Shown here in pieces: positions 1-10,558 of a stretch of DNA of 64,000 nt. The stretch's first letter is position 1. Each line of letters starts with the position of its first letter. The notes beneath the pieces are model-generated. The model worked only from the letters and a program-made list of their open reading frames with translations. It had not been told where the DNA came from and did not search any database. The DNA is from an uncultured Lentimicrobiaceae bacterium (lineage in GTDB: Bacteria; Bacteroidota; Bacteroidia; Bacteroidales; 4484-276), in NCBI GenBank assembly GCA_964593705.1, contig CAZQIV010000015.1, positions 11,454 to 75,453 of the forward strand, written 5' to 3'. The translations under genes and the position numbers were made by a program.

Positions 1-373
1 ATAAAAGAAAATAGGCTATTTGATTTACAACCTGTAAATGATATTGATCTGAAAAATTATTGCCGATGAGAAAATGGAAATATGCTTAAAGTATTTATAC
101 TCATCTCAATAATTGGTAGTACATCTGCTTTAAAACGAATATTAAACTTGAACTCTTCCAATAGGGCTTATCCGGATTATTGTTTTTATAATTTTAAAAT
201 GAATATTGAATCTCTTTCATAGAAACCCACTTTCCAATAACACTCCTCTGCTTATTGAGTATTAATCCCATCAATAACCATCCCTTAATAATCAATTCAT
301 CTCATCACATAAATTATTGCCATACTTTTTCTACTTTTGCACCCAATTTTTTTATATTAAAAATAGAAATACA

Positions 374-3172
374 ATGGATTACAATTTTCAGGATATCGAA
401 AAAAAATGGCAAAAGTACTGGAGCGATAATAAAACCTTCAAAGCTGATAATAACTCTGACAAACCCAAATATTACGTGTTGGATATGTTTCCTTATCCTT
501 CCGGATCGGGGCTGCATGTTGGTCACCCCTTAGGGTATATTGCATCCGATATTTACGCGCGGTATAAAACCCTTAATGGGTTCAATGTTCTCCATCCCAT
601 GGGTTACGATGCTTACGGGCTACCCGCCGAACAGTATGCCATCAAAACCGGAACCCATCCCGAAATTACAACCGAAAAAAACGTAAAAAGATACAGGCAG
701 CAATTAGACCATATTGGCTTTGCCTACGACTGGGATCGTGAAGTAAAAACCAGCGACCCCAAATATTACAAATGGACACAATGGACTTTCATCCAGCTAT
801 TCAACCATTGGTTCGATAACAAAACCGGCAAAGCACAAACCATTGAAGACCTGTTGAAGCACTTCGAAAATCATGGAGATAGTTTGCTTGATGCCGCTTG
901 CGATGAACATGATGCTTTTGATGCTGCCGCATGGAAAGCCATGGATGAAAAGCAGCAACAGGAAATGCTAATGAATTACCGGCTCGCCTATCTTGCTGAT
1001 ACCATGGTTAACTGGTGTCCTGAACTGGGAACCGTTCTGGCCAACGATGAGGTGAGCGAGGGCTTTTCGGTGCGCGGCGGCCATCCCGTGGTAAGAAAAG
1101 AAATGAGGCAGTGGTCGCTCAGAATCACAGCTTATGCCGAGCGTTTGCTCGAAGGCCTCGACAGGGTGGATTGGTTCGATTCTGTTAAAGACATCCAACG
1201 CAACTGGATTGGCCGATCGGAAGGAGCCTCAGTAACTTTTGAGGTTGAAGATCACCCCGAAACCATCGGGGTTTTCACAACCCGCCCTGATACACTTTAT
1301 GGGGCAACATTTATGGTTTTAGCGCCCGAACACGAGTATGCACTTGCACTTACCACACCACAAAATCGCGGCCCGGTAAGGGAATATATCGAAAAATCAA
1401 AAAATCGTTCGGAGCGCGAACGCATGGCCGAAGTAAGCAAAATTACGGGGGTTTTCACAGGATCGGTTGCCATCAACCCGCTCAATGGTGAGCACATGAA
1501 AATTTATGTTGCTGATTACGTTTTGGCGGGCTATGGCACGGGAGCTATCATGGCTGTTCCAGCCCACGACAACCGCGACTTTGCTTTTGCCAAACATTTT
1601 CTGCTTCCCATTTTTCAGGTGGTGCACAAAAAAGATGAAGTAATGATCGACCCACGCGAATGGGATGACTCTTACGATGCAAAAGATGGCGAAATGATCA
1701 ACTCCGGAATAATCACCGGAATGGAGGTGTTGCCCGCCATCAGCAAAATAATCGACCATCTCGAAGAAGAAGGAATAGGGAAAAGACAAATTAACTACCG
1801 CCTTCGCGATGCAGCATTCAGCCGTCAACGATATTGGGGTGAGCCATTTCCTGTTTATTACAAAAATGATATCCCTTATGTATTCGATGAAAAAGACCTC
1901 CCTTTAGAGTTACCTCCGGTTGATAAATATTTGCCCACCGAAACAGGTGAGCCCCCTTTGGCCCGGGCCAAAAACTGGCAAACAAAAGAAGGATATCCAA
2001 TCGAAACCAATACCATGCCCGGGTTTGCCGGCTCAAGCGGATATTATTTCAGGTATATGGATCCTCACAACGATGAAGCCTATTTTTCGAAAGAAGCCAA
2101 TGCTTACTGGAAGAGCGTTGACCTGTATTTTGGTGGTGACGAACATGCCACCGGCCACCTGATTTATGCACGATTCTGGAATAAATTTCTCTTCGACCTC
2201 GGATTGGCTTGTGAAGATGAACCCTTTAAAAAAATGATAAATCAGGGCAAAATTCAGGGTCGATCAAGTATAATGTATCGCTTAAAAAACAAGAATACTT
2301 TCGTATCATTAGGTTTAAGAAAAGATTATAATAACGAAGAGATTTCGCCCATTCACGTTGATATAAGCCTTGTGAATGAACATGATGAACTTGATATTGA
2401 CGCATTCACAGCATCGCACCCCGAGAATGCAAATGCTGAGTTTTTGCTCGAAAACGGGAAATATATTTGTGGATTCGAAATCGAAAAAATGTCGAAGTCG
2501 CTCTATAATGTTGAAAATCCTGATGAGATTATCGAAAAGTATGGGGCGGATACTTTCAGGCTTTACGAGATGTTTTTGGGGCCACTCAAAAACCACAAAC
2601 CCTGGGACACCAAAGGAATTGAGGGCGTTTTCAGATTTATCAGAAAACTCTGGCGTTTGTTCCACGATGAAAATAATGCTTTCCTTATCTCTGAAGAAAA
2701 GCCAACTCAGGCCGAGCTTAAAGTGATTCATCGCACCATAAAAATGGTGAAAGATGATATCGAACGCTTTTCGTTCAACACAGGTGTGAGCAATTTTATG
2801 ATTTGTGTAAACGAATTGCAGGAACTAAAATGCAACAAGCGCGTAGTTCTCGAAGATTTGGTTAAGATCATTTCGCCTTATGCTCCGCACATTGCCGAAG
2901 AACTCTGGGCTCAGTTAGGGCATACCGAAAGCGTTACCCTGGAAACCTTTCCCGAATACAACGAAAAATATCTTACCGAAAGCGAATTTGAGTATCCCGT
3001 TTCATTTAACGGCAAAATGAGATTCAAACTCACACTGCCCCTTGATATGCCAAAAGATGAAATTGAGAAGATTGCTTTGGCTGCCGATGAAGCCAAAAAA
3101 TGGATCGAAGGGAAACAAATTCGAAAAGTAATTGTTGTGCCAAAGAAAATTATAAATATTGTGGTGGGATAA
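374..3172 (+). CDS. leuS: Leucine--tRNA ligase
   Basis: Track ORF 317..3172. Class I aaRS signatures 'HVGHPLGY' and 'KMSKS' are present. The conserved N-terminus '[16 protein letters not shown]' begins at ATG 374, so the 19 upstream codons are probably not translated. Confidence 0.96.
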   Translation: MDYNFQDIEKKWQKYWSDNKTFKADNNSDKPKYYVLDMFPYPSGSGLHVGHPLGYIASDIYARYKTLNGFNVLHPMGYDAYGLPAEQYAIKTGTHPEITTEKNVKRYRQQLDHIGFAYDWDREVKTSDPKYYKWTQWTFIQLFNHWFDNKTGKAQTIEDLLKHFENHGDSLLDAACDEHDAFDAAAWKAMDEKQQQEMLMNYRLAYLADTMVNWCPELGTVLANDEVSEGFSVRGGHPVVRKEMRQWSLRITAYAERLLEGLDRVDWFDSVKDIQRNWIGRSEGASVTFEVEDHPETIGVFTTRPDTLYGATFMVLAPEHEYALALTTPQNRGPVREYIEKSKNRSERERMAEVSKITGVFTGSVAINPLNGEHMKIYVADYVLAGYGTGAIMAVPAHDNRDFAFAKHFLLPIFQVVHKKDEVMIDPREWDDSYDAKDGEMINSGIITGMEVLPAISKIIDHLEEEGIGKRQINYRLRDAAFSRQRYWGEPFPVYYKNDIPYVFDEKDLPLELPPVDKYLPTETGEPPLARAKNWQTKEGYPIETNTMPGFAGSSGYYFRYMDPHNDEAYFSKEANAYWKSVDLYFGGDEHATGHLIYARFWNKFLFDLGLACEDEPFKKMINQGKIQGRSSIMYRLKNKNTFVSLGLRKDYNNEEISPIHVDISLVNEHDELDIDAFTASHPENANAEFLLENGKYICGFEIEKMSKSLYNVENPDEIIEKYGADTFRLYEMFLGPLKNHKPWDTKGIEGVFRFIRKLWRLFHDENNAFLISEEKPTQAELKVIHRTIKMVKDDIERFSFNTGVSNFMICVNELQELKCNKRVVLEDLVKIISPYAPHIAEELWAQLGHTESVTLETFPEYNEKYLTESEFEYPVSFNGKMRFKLTLPLDMPKDEIEKIALAADEAKKWIEGKQIRKVIVVPKKIINIVVG

Positions 3173-3232
3173 GCCTGCAATTTTTTGCTCAAATTGTAGT
3201 TTTATCAGGGCTTAAGAAAATTATCATTATTA

Positions 3233-4033
3233 ATGAAAAACCTCGTATTCGTCCTCACTTCAAGCTTTCTATTGTTACTGTCCAATGCTTCGGGTCAGGA
3301 CTTTGTTTTTAGGGAACTCGAAAACAACGCCTTTCAGGCGGGGGAAAGCCTAAAATATAAGGTGTATTATGAGTCGATGCTAACAGGCAAAGTAAATGCA
3401 GGTACTGCAATTTTGGAGGTAAAAGAAAGCAACCGGCGTTTCTACGACAGAGAAACTTACCATATTTCTGGAATCGGAAAATCAAATGCTGCCTTCGATA
3501 TGTTTTTCAAGGTAAGGGATAAGTACGAATCTTATGTTGACAAACAAGGCCTTTTCCCATATTTATTTATCAGGAAAACCAAAGAAGGTGGTTATGTTTA
3601 TAATGATGAGGTTTATTTTGATCATGAAAATCTGACAGCGAAAAGCTCCCGCAAAACCAAAAAGATAACTTCATATATTCAGGATATTGTTTCCGCTTCC
3701 TATTATACCCGTACACTAAGTGCTGATACCCTGGAGGAAGGGGATTACATTTCTGTCAATTTTTTTCTGGATGACTCGGCCTATATTTCGGTTATTCAGT
3801 TTGAAGGCCGGCAAAATGTGGAAACGGAACTCGGTGTTTTCAGGTGCCTTACCTTTAAGCCCATGGTTGCAACCGGTGAGGTTTTCAGCAATTCATATCC
3901 CATGACTCTTTGGATTACCGATGATGAAAACAAAATGCCTGTTCTTGGGAAATCAGCCGTTATTGTTGGGTCTGTAAAAATGGAACTGATAAAATATTCC
4001 GGGTTAAAAAATCCTGTTAAGGCTCTACATTAA
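3233..4033 (+). CDS. DUF3108-like secreted protein
   Basis: 266-aa ORF with an N-terminal signal peptide (MKNLVFVLTSSFLLLLSNASGQ). The body resembles the DUF3108 family (beta-rich, 'GESLKYKVYY...GKVNAGTA'). Family assignment is from memory only. Confidence 0.6.
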   Translation: MKNLVFVLTSSFLLLLSNASGQDFVFRELENNAFQAGESLKYKVYYESMLTGKVNAGTAILEVKESNRRFYDRETYHISGIGKSNAAFDMFFKVRDKYESYVDKQGLFPYLFIRKTKEGGYVYNDEVYFDHENLTAKSSRKTKKITSYIQDIVSASYYTRTLSADTLEEGDYISVNFFLDDSAYISVIQFEGRQNVETELGVFRCLTFKPMVATGEVFSNSYPMTLWITDDENKMPVLGKSAVIVGSVKMELIKYSGLKNPVKALH

Positions 4034-4117
4034 TTTGAAAATTAAAGCCGCTTCGCGGGAGTCACCCTCCAGACAAAACAGGCAGCACCCATCTATAAAT
4101 CAAAGAAAAAAGTTATC

Positions 4118-4182
4118 ATCGAATTACACTAATTAATCAAATTATTACCTGCCTTTGGCAGGTACAATTCGTGTAATTCGAT
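4118..4182. repeat. Nested palindrome upstream of hydE
   Basis: A 12-bp outer stem (atcgaattacac / gtgtaattcgat) encloses an inner hairpin (acctgcc-ttt-ggcaggt). The word 'catcgaattac' recurs in the tandem repeat at 39344-39642. Confidence 0.7.
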
Positions 4183-4341
4183 CAATTAGATGACAAAAAA
4201 ATATCGTTAACATGTTAGCATTAGTGACTTTTTAAGAGCCTAGTAGAGTAATTTGAAGCTTGCTTTTACAACACCGGAATTTATTAGCTATTTAAAAAAA
4301 TATCATTGAGTTTAGTCTGAGAATCCCACTAATATTGAGGT

Positions 4342-5400
4342 ATGGATTTTACAACACTTACAAAAAATAAAATTTTAGAAGCATTATCGCTGGAAGGGGA
4401 GGCGCTACAATTGCTTTACGATTACGCGGCACAGGTAAAACAGCGCCATGTTGGCAACAAAGTGTATTACCGGGGACTGATTGAATACTCGAACCGCTGT
4501 GTGAAAAACTGCTTTTATTGCGGGGTGCGGCGCGACAATAAAAATGTGGATCGCTATACCCTCGAAGACAGTGAAGTGATTGCAGCGGCAAGGCTGGCCC
4601 ACAAAAAGCAGTTTGGCTCGCTTGTGTTGCAATCGGGCGAAAGGTGTGATAATTATTTTGTGGAGAAGGTGGCTTTTTTACTGCGCGAAATTAAAAAGGA
4701 AACGGGGGGCGAGATGCATGTAACCCTTTCGATGGGCGAGCAAAGCCGGGAAACGTATGATCTGTGGCGCGAAAGTGGCGCCCATCGCTACCTGTTGCGC
4801 ATAGAGGCATCCAATCGTAAATTGTATAAAAAACTGCATCCCTATGATGATTTGCACAGTTTTGATAAAAGAATTGAAGCCCTGGAATTGTTACGCGATA
4901 CCGGATACCAGGCAGGAACAGGTGTAATGATCGGCTTGCCCTTTCAAAGCCTGGAAGATCTGGCTAACGATTTATTGTTCATTAATAAAGCGGATGTGGA
5001 TATGGTGGGGATGGGTCCTTATATTGAGCACGAGGCCACGCCCTTGTTTCGGTATAAAGACCAACTTCTGCCCGAAGAAAAGCGTTTTGAGTTGTCGATG
5101 AAAATGGTGGCTTTGCTCCGCATTTTGATGCCAGACATCAACATAGCAGCAACTACTGCCATGCAAACGCTGCATCCCCGGGGTCGCGAGTTTGCGCTGA
5201 AAATCGGAGCCAACGTCATTATGCCCAATCTAACGCCCCTCAAGTACCGCGAAGGATACCTGCTTTACGAAAACAAGCCCAATATTCACGAAGAAACGGA
5301 TGTAAGTCTCGAAAACCTCCAACACTCCATTGAGCAGGCCGGGTGCGTTTTGGCTCTTGGCGAGTGGGGCGATTCAAAGCGATTTCGTGAGAGGGGGTGA
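4342..5400 (+). CDS. hydE: [FeFe]-hydrogenase maturase HydE (radical SAM)
   Basis: 352 aa with the CX3CX2C motif 'CVKNCFYC'. It is colinear with HydE-type biotin-synthase-like proteins ('YYRGLIEYSNRC', 'GTGVMIGLPFQSLEDLANDLLF', 'NIAATTAMQTL', 'GANVIMPNLTP'). Confidence 0.85.
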   Translation: MDFTTLTKNKILEALSLEGEALQLLYDYAAQVKQRHVGNKVYYRGLIEYSNRCVKNCFYCGVRRDNKNVDRYTLEDSEVIAAARLAHKKQFGSLVLQSGERCDNYFVEKVAFLLREIKKETGGEMHVTLSMGEQSRETYDLWRESGAHRYLLRIEASNRKLYKKLHPYDDLHSFDKRIEALELLRDTGYQAGTGVMIGLPFQSLEDLANDLLFINKADVDMVGMGPYIEHEATPLFRYKDQLLPEEKRFELSMKMVALLRILMPDINIAATTAMQTLHPRGREFALKIGANVIMPNLTPLKYREGYLLYENKPNIHEETDVSLENLQHSIEQAGCVLALGEWGDSKRFRERG

Positions 5401-5501
5401 TTTCACTAAAAACGCGATAGTAGCTAATACGAAAGTAATTTGTTTAAAAAAACAACGTTTTAGAAGCAAATTGAAAACATTTTGTTATTATTTTATAAAC
5501 C

Positions 5502-6167
5502 ATGACAGCCATTGAATTTGTAAGTGATTTGATAATACCGCTTGGTCTTGACGACAAAATATCAACCGGTCTTCGGTACATGGATGAAAACCACGTTGCC
5601 CATCTTCCGGTTACCAATCAAAAAAAGTTTCTTGGAATTGTAGCCGAGGATGATTTGTTAATGATCGACAATCATGAATCAGCAGTGCATAATTTGGTTA
5701 GTACCTTGCAGCAGATTAAAATTGACCAGCACGATCACATTTATAATGCCTTTAAAATTATTTCCGAAAAACAGATTGGCTTACTTCCGGTTACCGACAG
5801 CGCTGATTTTTATCTTGGTTCTATATTGCGTGAGGACATGGTGGATGAAGCCTCGGAAATACTATCGGCTGGCAATCCGGGAGGGATAATTGTGCTCCAG
5901 GTAAGCGAAAATAATTTTTCATTATCAGAAGTTTCAAGACTGGTTGAGTCGAATGACGTTAAAATATTAAGTGTTGGAATCCGATCAGTTCCCGGCGCTT
6001 CACTATTGCATATTACCCTCAAACTTAATAAAATAAACATCGAACCGGTAATTCAAACCTTTAACAGGTTTCAATATGAAATAATTACTTATTTTGGTGA
6101 AAATGAAAAAGATGAAGCCTTGCTTCGCGAACGCTATGATTCGTTAATGCAATACCTTAACATCTAA
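5502..6167 (+). CDS. CBS-domain pair protein
   Basis: 221 aa. Two CBS-like segments ('HLPVTNQKKFLGIVAEDDLL', 'LLPVTDSADFYLGSILREDMV') are followed by a C-terminal ACT-like region. Confidence 0.7.
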   Translation: MTAIEFVSDLIIPLGLDDKISTGLRYMDENHVAHLPVTNQKKFLGIVAEDDLLMIDNHESAVHNLVSTLQQIKIDQHDHIYNAFKIISEKQIGLLPVTDSADFYLGSILREDMVDEASEILSAGNPGGIIVLQVSENNFSLSEVSRLVESNDVKILSVGIRSVPGASLLHITLKLNKINIEPVIQTFNRFQYEIITYFGENEKDEALLRERYDSLMQYLNI

Positions 6168-6183
6168 ATACACAAACCCGCCC

Positions 6184-6398
6184 CTAATTAGTGTCTGTCC
6201 ATAAAGTACGTCTTTTAGAAATTTCAATAGCCCCGTCCTTTAGGGCGGGGATTGAAATTTGAGCGTAAAAAAACCCCGCATTTTCGCCACGCCTTTGGCG
6301 TGGCGAAAATGCGGGGGTGGTAAGAACAACTTAATTATTCCCCGGGCTAAAGCCCGGGGCTAGTGAAAAACATTGACTTTATGGATCGACACTAATTA
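6184..6398. repeat. TIR-bounded composite of three GC-rich hairpins (MITE-like)
   Basis: The termini ctaattagtgtctgtccataaagt and gactttatggatcgacactaatta are inverted copies. Inside are hairpins at 6219-6260, 6274-6316 (20-bp perfect stem ccccgcattttcgccacgcc/ggcgtggcgaaaatgcgggg) and 6340-6359. Confidence 0.8.
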
Positions 6399-6442
6399 CC
6401 CCGCTTAGAAATTTAATTTACTTTTGGTTTTTTGCAATTGGA

Positions 6443-7912
6443 ATGTACATGAGATTTATTTTTGTATTGGTGTTTTTAATATCTGCACTGTTGTGCTTTG
6501 GCCAAAGAAAAGCAAATGGTGTTGCCATTACCGAAAACGACAGCATTTTTATCCATTCCGATCTCTCTGATTCTCGTGTACATTTTGTTATTGACACGAT
6601 TGTTCTTTGTGGAAACAAAACTACACACCGTTCAATCATATTAAGAGAACTTACTTTTTCTCAATCAGACACCATTTCAGCATTCGAATTTGTAAGCAAA
6701 TTAACCCGTTCGAGGCAGAACCTCCTGAACACATCTCTTTTTAACTTCGTTACCATGCACGATTCTGTAATATCAGGAAATGAATTCGCACACATACAAA
6801 TACACATTCAATTTATCGAGCGCTGGTATCTTTGGCCGATACCAATATTTGAAATTTCCGACAGGAATTTTAATACATGGTGGGAAACAAAAGATTTTAA
6901 CAGAATTTCTTATGGCCTTCTGCTTGTTAAGGAAAATATGAGGGGCCGGATGGAAACATTAAAAATGTTGCTGCGTTTCGGTTGGGACGAAACCTATCAA
7001 ATAGCTTACAATATTCCTTATATCAATAAAAAACAAACTTTTGGCTCCGGATTTGGAATGGGATTTTCTCAAAATCACGAGGTTGCTTACAAAACCGTTG
7101 GAAACAAACCTGTGAATGTAAGAGATAATAATGAAAACATTGTAATGCGGTTTTATTCTAATTTTAATATATCCCACCGACCATCATTTTATCAATATCA
7201 CTCCTTACAGCTTGCTTACAATTACTATGTGTTTGGCGATACTTTGCTCCAACTCAATCCGGATTATTCGTTCAACGGAAACAATGTAAATGAGTATTTA
7301 ACCCTTGATTATCGTTATATTTCCGATCACAGAGATTCAAAGGTTTATCCTCTTACAGGTGATTATTTTGAAGCAGCATTAACCAAAAGCGGGTTTGGGA
7401 TTTTTAAGGATGGAGATATTTCGATGATGAATATTACCGGTTCGTATCGAAAATATTGGGATGTTTCAAAACTATTTTACTTTGCAACTGATTGGACCGG
7501 AAAAATATCCACCTCACGAAATCAGCCCTACTTTTATCAGCAAGGGCTTGGATATGGACGTAATTATGTGCGGGGGTATGAACTTTATGTGATTGATGGC
7601 CAAAGTTATGCTTTATCAAAAAACACCCTGAAATTCAACCTTGTGCCGACAAGAGTAAAGGAAATCGGGTTTATCCCATCAGAAAAATTCAGTAAGTTAC
7701 ACTATGCTCTCTATCTAAACTGGTATATTGATGCAGGTTATGTTGATGATTTTAAGAATTCAGAAGGCAACGAGCTGGCCAATCAAATTCTGCTGGGAAC
7801 CGGTCTTGGATTAGACCTGGTCACCTATTACGATATGGTTTTCAGGGTTGAATTTTCGGTGAACAGCCAGGGAGAGTTTGGCGTGTTTTTCCATGTTGCA
7901 AATACTTTGTAG
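6443..7912 (+). CDS. Omp85/BamA-family outer membrane protein (POTRA plus beta-barrel)
   Basis: 489 aa with a signal peptide, a POTRA-like segment ('HRSIILRELTFSQSDTIS') and a long Y/F/G/N-rich region with alternating pattern typical of a beta-barrel. Confidence 0.6.
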   Translation: MYMRFIFVLVFLISALLCFGQRKANGVAITENDSIFIHSDLSDSRVHFVIDTIVLCGNKTTHRSIILRELTFSQSDTISAFEFVSKLTRSRQNLLNTSLFNFVTMHDSVISGNEFAHIQIHIQFIERWYLWPIPIFEISDRNFNTWWETKDFNRISYGLLLVKENMRGRMETLKMLLRFGWDETYQIAYNIPYINKKQTFGSGFGMGFSQNHEVAYKTVGNKPVNVRDNNENIVMRFYSNFNISHRPSFYQYHSLQLAYNYYVFGDTLLQLNPDYSFNGNNVNEYLTLDYRYISDHRDSKVYPLTGDYFEAALTKSGFGIFKDGDISMMNITGSYRKYWDVSKLFYFATDWTGKISTSRNQPYFYQQGLGYGRNYVRGYELYVIDGQSYALSKNTLKFNLVPTRVKEIGFIPSEKFSKLHYALYLNWYIDAGYVDDFKNSEGNELANQILLGTGLGLDLVTYYDMVFRVEFSVNSQGEFGVFFHVANTL

Positions 7913-8083
7913 CTGTGCAATTAAATGGATTCGAAATCAATAGAAAGGTTAAAGTGTTGAATTTTACATTAATGTTTTAAATTCACCTGATTAATAATAA
8001 GAAATTGTGTTGCCTCCAAGAGATAAATATTGGATATGTTTGCATTTTAAATGAACGTATTATCCGTAATAAATATTCAAACA

Positions 8084-8962
8084 ATGAAAATCGGACTGTT
8101 CGGCAAATCACTCTCTATCGAAGGTATTGCCTATTTGCAGCAACTCATCGATAAATTAAATAATGTAAACTGCAAGTTGCATATTTACAGTCCCTTTCTT
8201 GATAAAATAAAGGAGAAAATTTCAATACATGAAGATGTTAAAACTTTTCATACTCATCAGGAATTAAAGGGTAATACTGATATTTTATTTTCGATTGGCG
8301 GAGACGGAACATTGCTGGACAGCATAGCCTTAGTTCGTGATTCGGGAATTCCCATACTTGGTGTAAACCTTGGCAGGCTTGGGTTTTTATCAAGTATCTC
8401 GTGCGAAGAAATATTGCCGGCCATCGATAATGTAATTGAAGGAAATTATCAATTAGAACAACGAACATTGCTCAAACTTAAAAGCCCCGAAGGCTTATTT
8501 GGCGAGTTAAGCTACGCGCTTAACGAGCTCTCCATCACCAAAACCGACTCCAATTCACTGGCGGTAGTGGGTGTGTATATCAACGATAAATTTTTAAACA
8601 CCTATTGGGCCGATGGATTAATTGTTGCCACACCCACCGGTTCAACGGCTTATTCGCTGAGTTGTTATGGCCCGATTATCACACCAGGTTCCGAAAATTT
8701 TGTAATCACACCCATTGCAAGTCATAACTTAACGGTTAGGCCCATCGTAATTCCCGATAATACCGAAATCAGGCTAAAGGTTGGCGGGCGGAATAAATTG
8801 TACCAGATCGGCCTGGACTCCAGATACCATACCATCGATAACACCGTTGAGCTGGTTATACAACGGGCCGATTTTAAAATTAACCTCATCCAGCTTCCCA
8901 ACAAAGATTTCTACAGCACTATTCGCGAAAAATTACTCTGGGGTAAGGATCAGCGGAATTAG
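8084..8962 (+). CDS. nadK: NAD kinase
   Basis: Carries the 'GGDGTLL' motif and 'ATPTGSTAYSLS'. The start is placed at 'MKIGLFGK' (ATG 8084) inside track ORF 8051..8962. Confidence 0.9.
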   Translation: MKIGLFGKSLSIEGIAYLQQLIDKLNNVNCKLHIYSPFLDKIKEKISIHEDVKTFHTHQELKGNTDILFSIGGDGTLLDSIALVRDSGIPILGVNLGRLGFLSSISCEEILPAIDNVIEGNYQLEQRTLLKLKSPEGLFGELSYALNELSITKTDSNSLAVVGVYINDKFLNTYWADGLIVATPTGSTAYSLSCYGPIITPGSENFVITPIASHNLTVRPIVIPDNTEIRLKVGGRNKLYQIGLDSRYHTIDNTVELVIQRADFKINLIQLPNKDFYSTIREKLLWGKDQRN

Positions 8963-9162
8963 TGTCGGTCAATAAACTATCATTTAGAAAAATATAAGAT
9001 TTCAGATTAACCCGCCTTGCCGCCTGGTGTGGCTCATGCTTAGGCGAGGCAGGCGATTTTAGATTTAAGATGTTGGTGATACTCAATAAAATCTAAAATC
9101 TCCGATCGTTAATCATCAATCATAAATCAAAAAATCGTTGACTTTATGGACACGCACTAATT
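8957..9162. repeat. MITE-like element with the same terminal inverted repeat family as 6184-6398
   Basis: Left end aattagtgtcggtcaataaact, right end gactttatggacacgcactaatt. The left end overlaps the nadK stop codon (TAG 8960-8962). The interior carries the 116-bp module at 8988-9103. Confidence 0.75.
8988..9103. repeat. 116-bp module, copy A (identical to 35892-36007)
   Basis: By eye it matches copy B base for base: aaaaatataagatttcagattaacccgccttgccgcctggtgtggctcatgcttaggcgaggcaggcgattttagatttaagatgttggtgatactcaataaaatctaaaatctcc. Confidence 0.9.
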
Positions 9163-9323
9163 AGTGTCGGTCTATAAACTCTCCATCCACCATACACCCC
9201 TCTAACTCCCCTAAAGGGGAGAACCAGCCAGTGCCTTGGCAGCGAGGGATTTCCCCTTTAGGGGACTAAGGGGTCGCGCAGGCAAAATCAGGAAAGATCT
9301 GACTTTATGGACACGCACTAATC
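9159..9323. repeat. Second tandem MITE-like element of the same TIR family
   Basis: Left end aattagtgtcggtctataaact, right end gactttatggacacgcactaatc. It abuts the previous element at the palindromic junction cactaattagtg. Its interior holds different hairpins (tcccctaaagggga, cccctttagggg). Confidence 0.75.
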
Positions 9324-9594
9324 AGTGTAATGCTGCCATTTTGTTGTGGTATAGATATCACAATGTCGATTTCCAGTCGTTGGTCTTGTGAGAACTATAG
9401 ATGAGTTTCTAAGCATCGGGATTATTTCAAAACAGTAAATGTGACCAACGAAATTTTTAGTTTTGATAGTTTAATGTACTAGGTTCAAAACCATATTGTT
9501 CGTCCTTGATAGTAATAGTTTTGTAGTTAATGTAGAAGAAGGGTAGTTATTGGGTTAATTGTTTATTTTTGTGTTTAATAAAATAGAAACACCG

Positions 9595-9828
9595 ATGGAT
9601 AACTTGTTAAATCGTATTACAATAAATACTGATATTTGCCATGGAAAGCCTACAATTAGAGGAATGCGCTATCCGGTTGAAATGATACTTGATTTATTAT
9701 CAGCGGGAATGACCCACCAGGAAATATTAGATGATTACCCTGCTATTGAAGCCAATGATATTAAAGCATGTCTTGCCTATGCTTCCCGACTTACTAAAGT
9801 GAAATCAATCCATAAAGTGGTAGCATAA
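9595..9828 (+). CDS. DUF433 domain protein (antitoxin-like), orphan
   Basis: 'ICHGKPTIRGMRYPVEMILDLLSAGMTHQEILDDYPAIEANDIKACLAYA' matches the DUF433 pattern. The start is placed at ATG 9595 ('MDNLLNRI'). Confidence 0.72.
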   Translation: MDNLLNRITINTDICHGKPTIRGMRYPVEMILDLLSAGMTHQEILDDYPAIEANDIKACLAYASRLTKVKSIHKVVA

Positions 9829-9919
9829 AATTCCAGACATCGAATCCAATCCTAATTCCCGGGTTACATACTAAAAATTAACTCCATGAGTTTATGAAAG
9901 GAATTCAGAATTATAGTTT

Positions 9920-10549
9920 ATGGTGCGTTTTAAATGGGGTTTGTTTATAGTTGTTGTTTTTTTGGCCATATCCTGCCAAAAAGTGCAGGAAGATAAAATA
10001 CCCCCCACAATTATTCTACAAGGAAGCAACCCTGACACAGTTCTTGTTGGGTGTAACTATGATGAACCGGGTGCGCTTACCAGCGATGATAAAGATGGTG
10101 AAGTTTATTGGTGGGTGAGTGGCGAGATTATTACCGATTCTGCCGGGGTAGGTTATCTCGACTATATTGCTGTTGATGCTGATAGCAATTATGCATACCA
10201 GCAACGGAAAGTTATTGTACTGCCTTTGACAGAAGATTTTTTTGTTGGTAATTTTTATGCAACTGATACCCTGCTTAATATTCCAAGAATAATCACAAAC
10301 TATTTGGTTTCGGTGGATAGGATAAGCTCGGGTCTTTTCAGGATGAGCAATTTCAATGATTTTGGAAGTTCCTTTCAACTATTAATCCAGCCTGATACTA
10401 CGGGCAGTTTTTTACTGGATTATAACAATGCTGATACCATTATTCAGGGGCATGGAAATGCTACATGCAACGGCAGGGGATTCAGGATTTCTTATACTGT
10501 GGATATGCCTGATAGTTTTAAAACACACTTCACCACCTACGAAAAATAA
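9920..10549 (+). CDS. Lipoprotein with Ig-like (DUF5011-type) N-terminal domain
   Basis: Signal peptide and lipobox 'LAISC'. 'PPTIILQGSNPDTVLVGCNYDEPGALTSDDKDG' resembles the DUF5011 Ig-like fold. Confidence 0.5.
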   Translation: MVRFKWGLFIVVVFLAISCQKVQEDKIPPTIILQGSNPDTVLVGCNYDEPGALTSDDKDGEVYWWVSGEIITDSAGVGYLDYIAVDADSNYAYQQRKVIVLPLTEDFFVGNFYATDTLLNIPRIITNYLVSVDRISSGLFRMSNFNDFGSSFQLLIQPDTTGSFLLDYNNADTIIQGHGNATCNGRGFRISYTVDMPDSFKTHFTTYEK

Positions 10550-10558
10550 GTATTGAGT

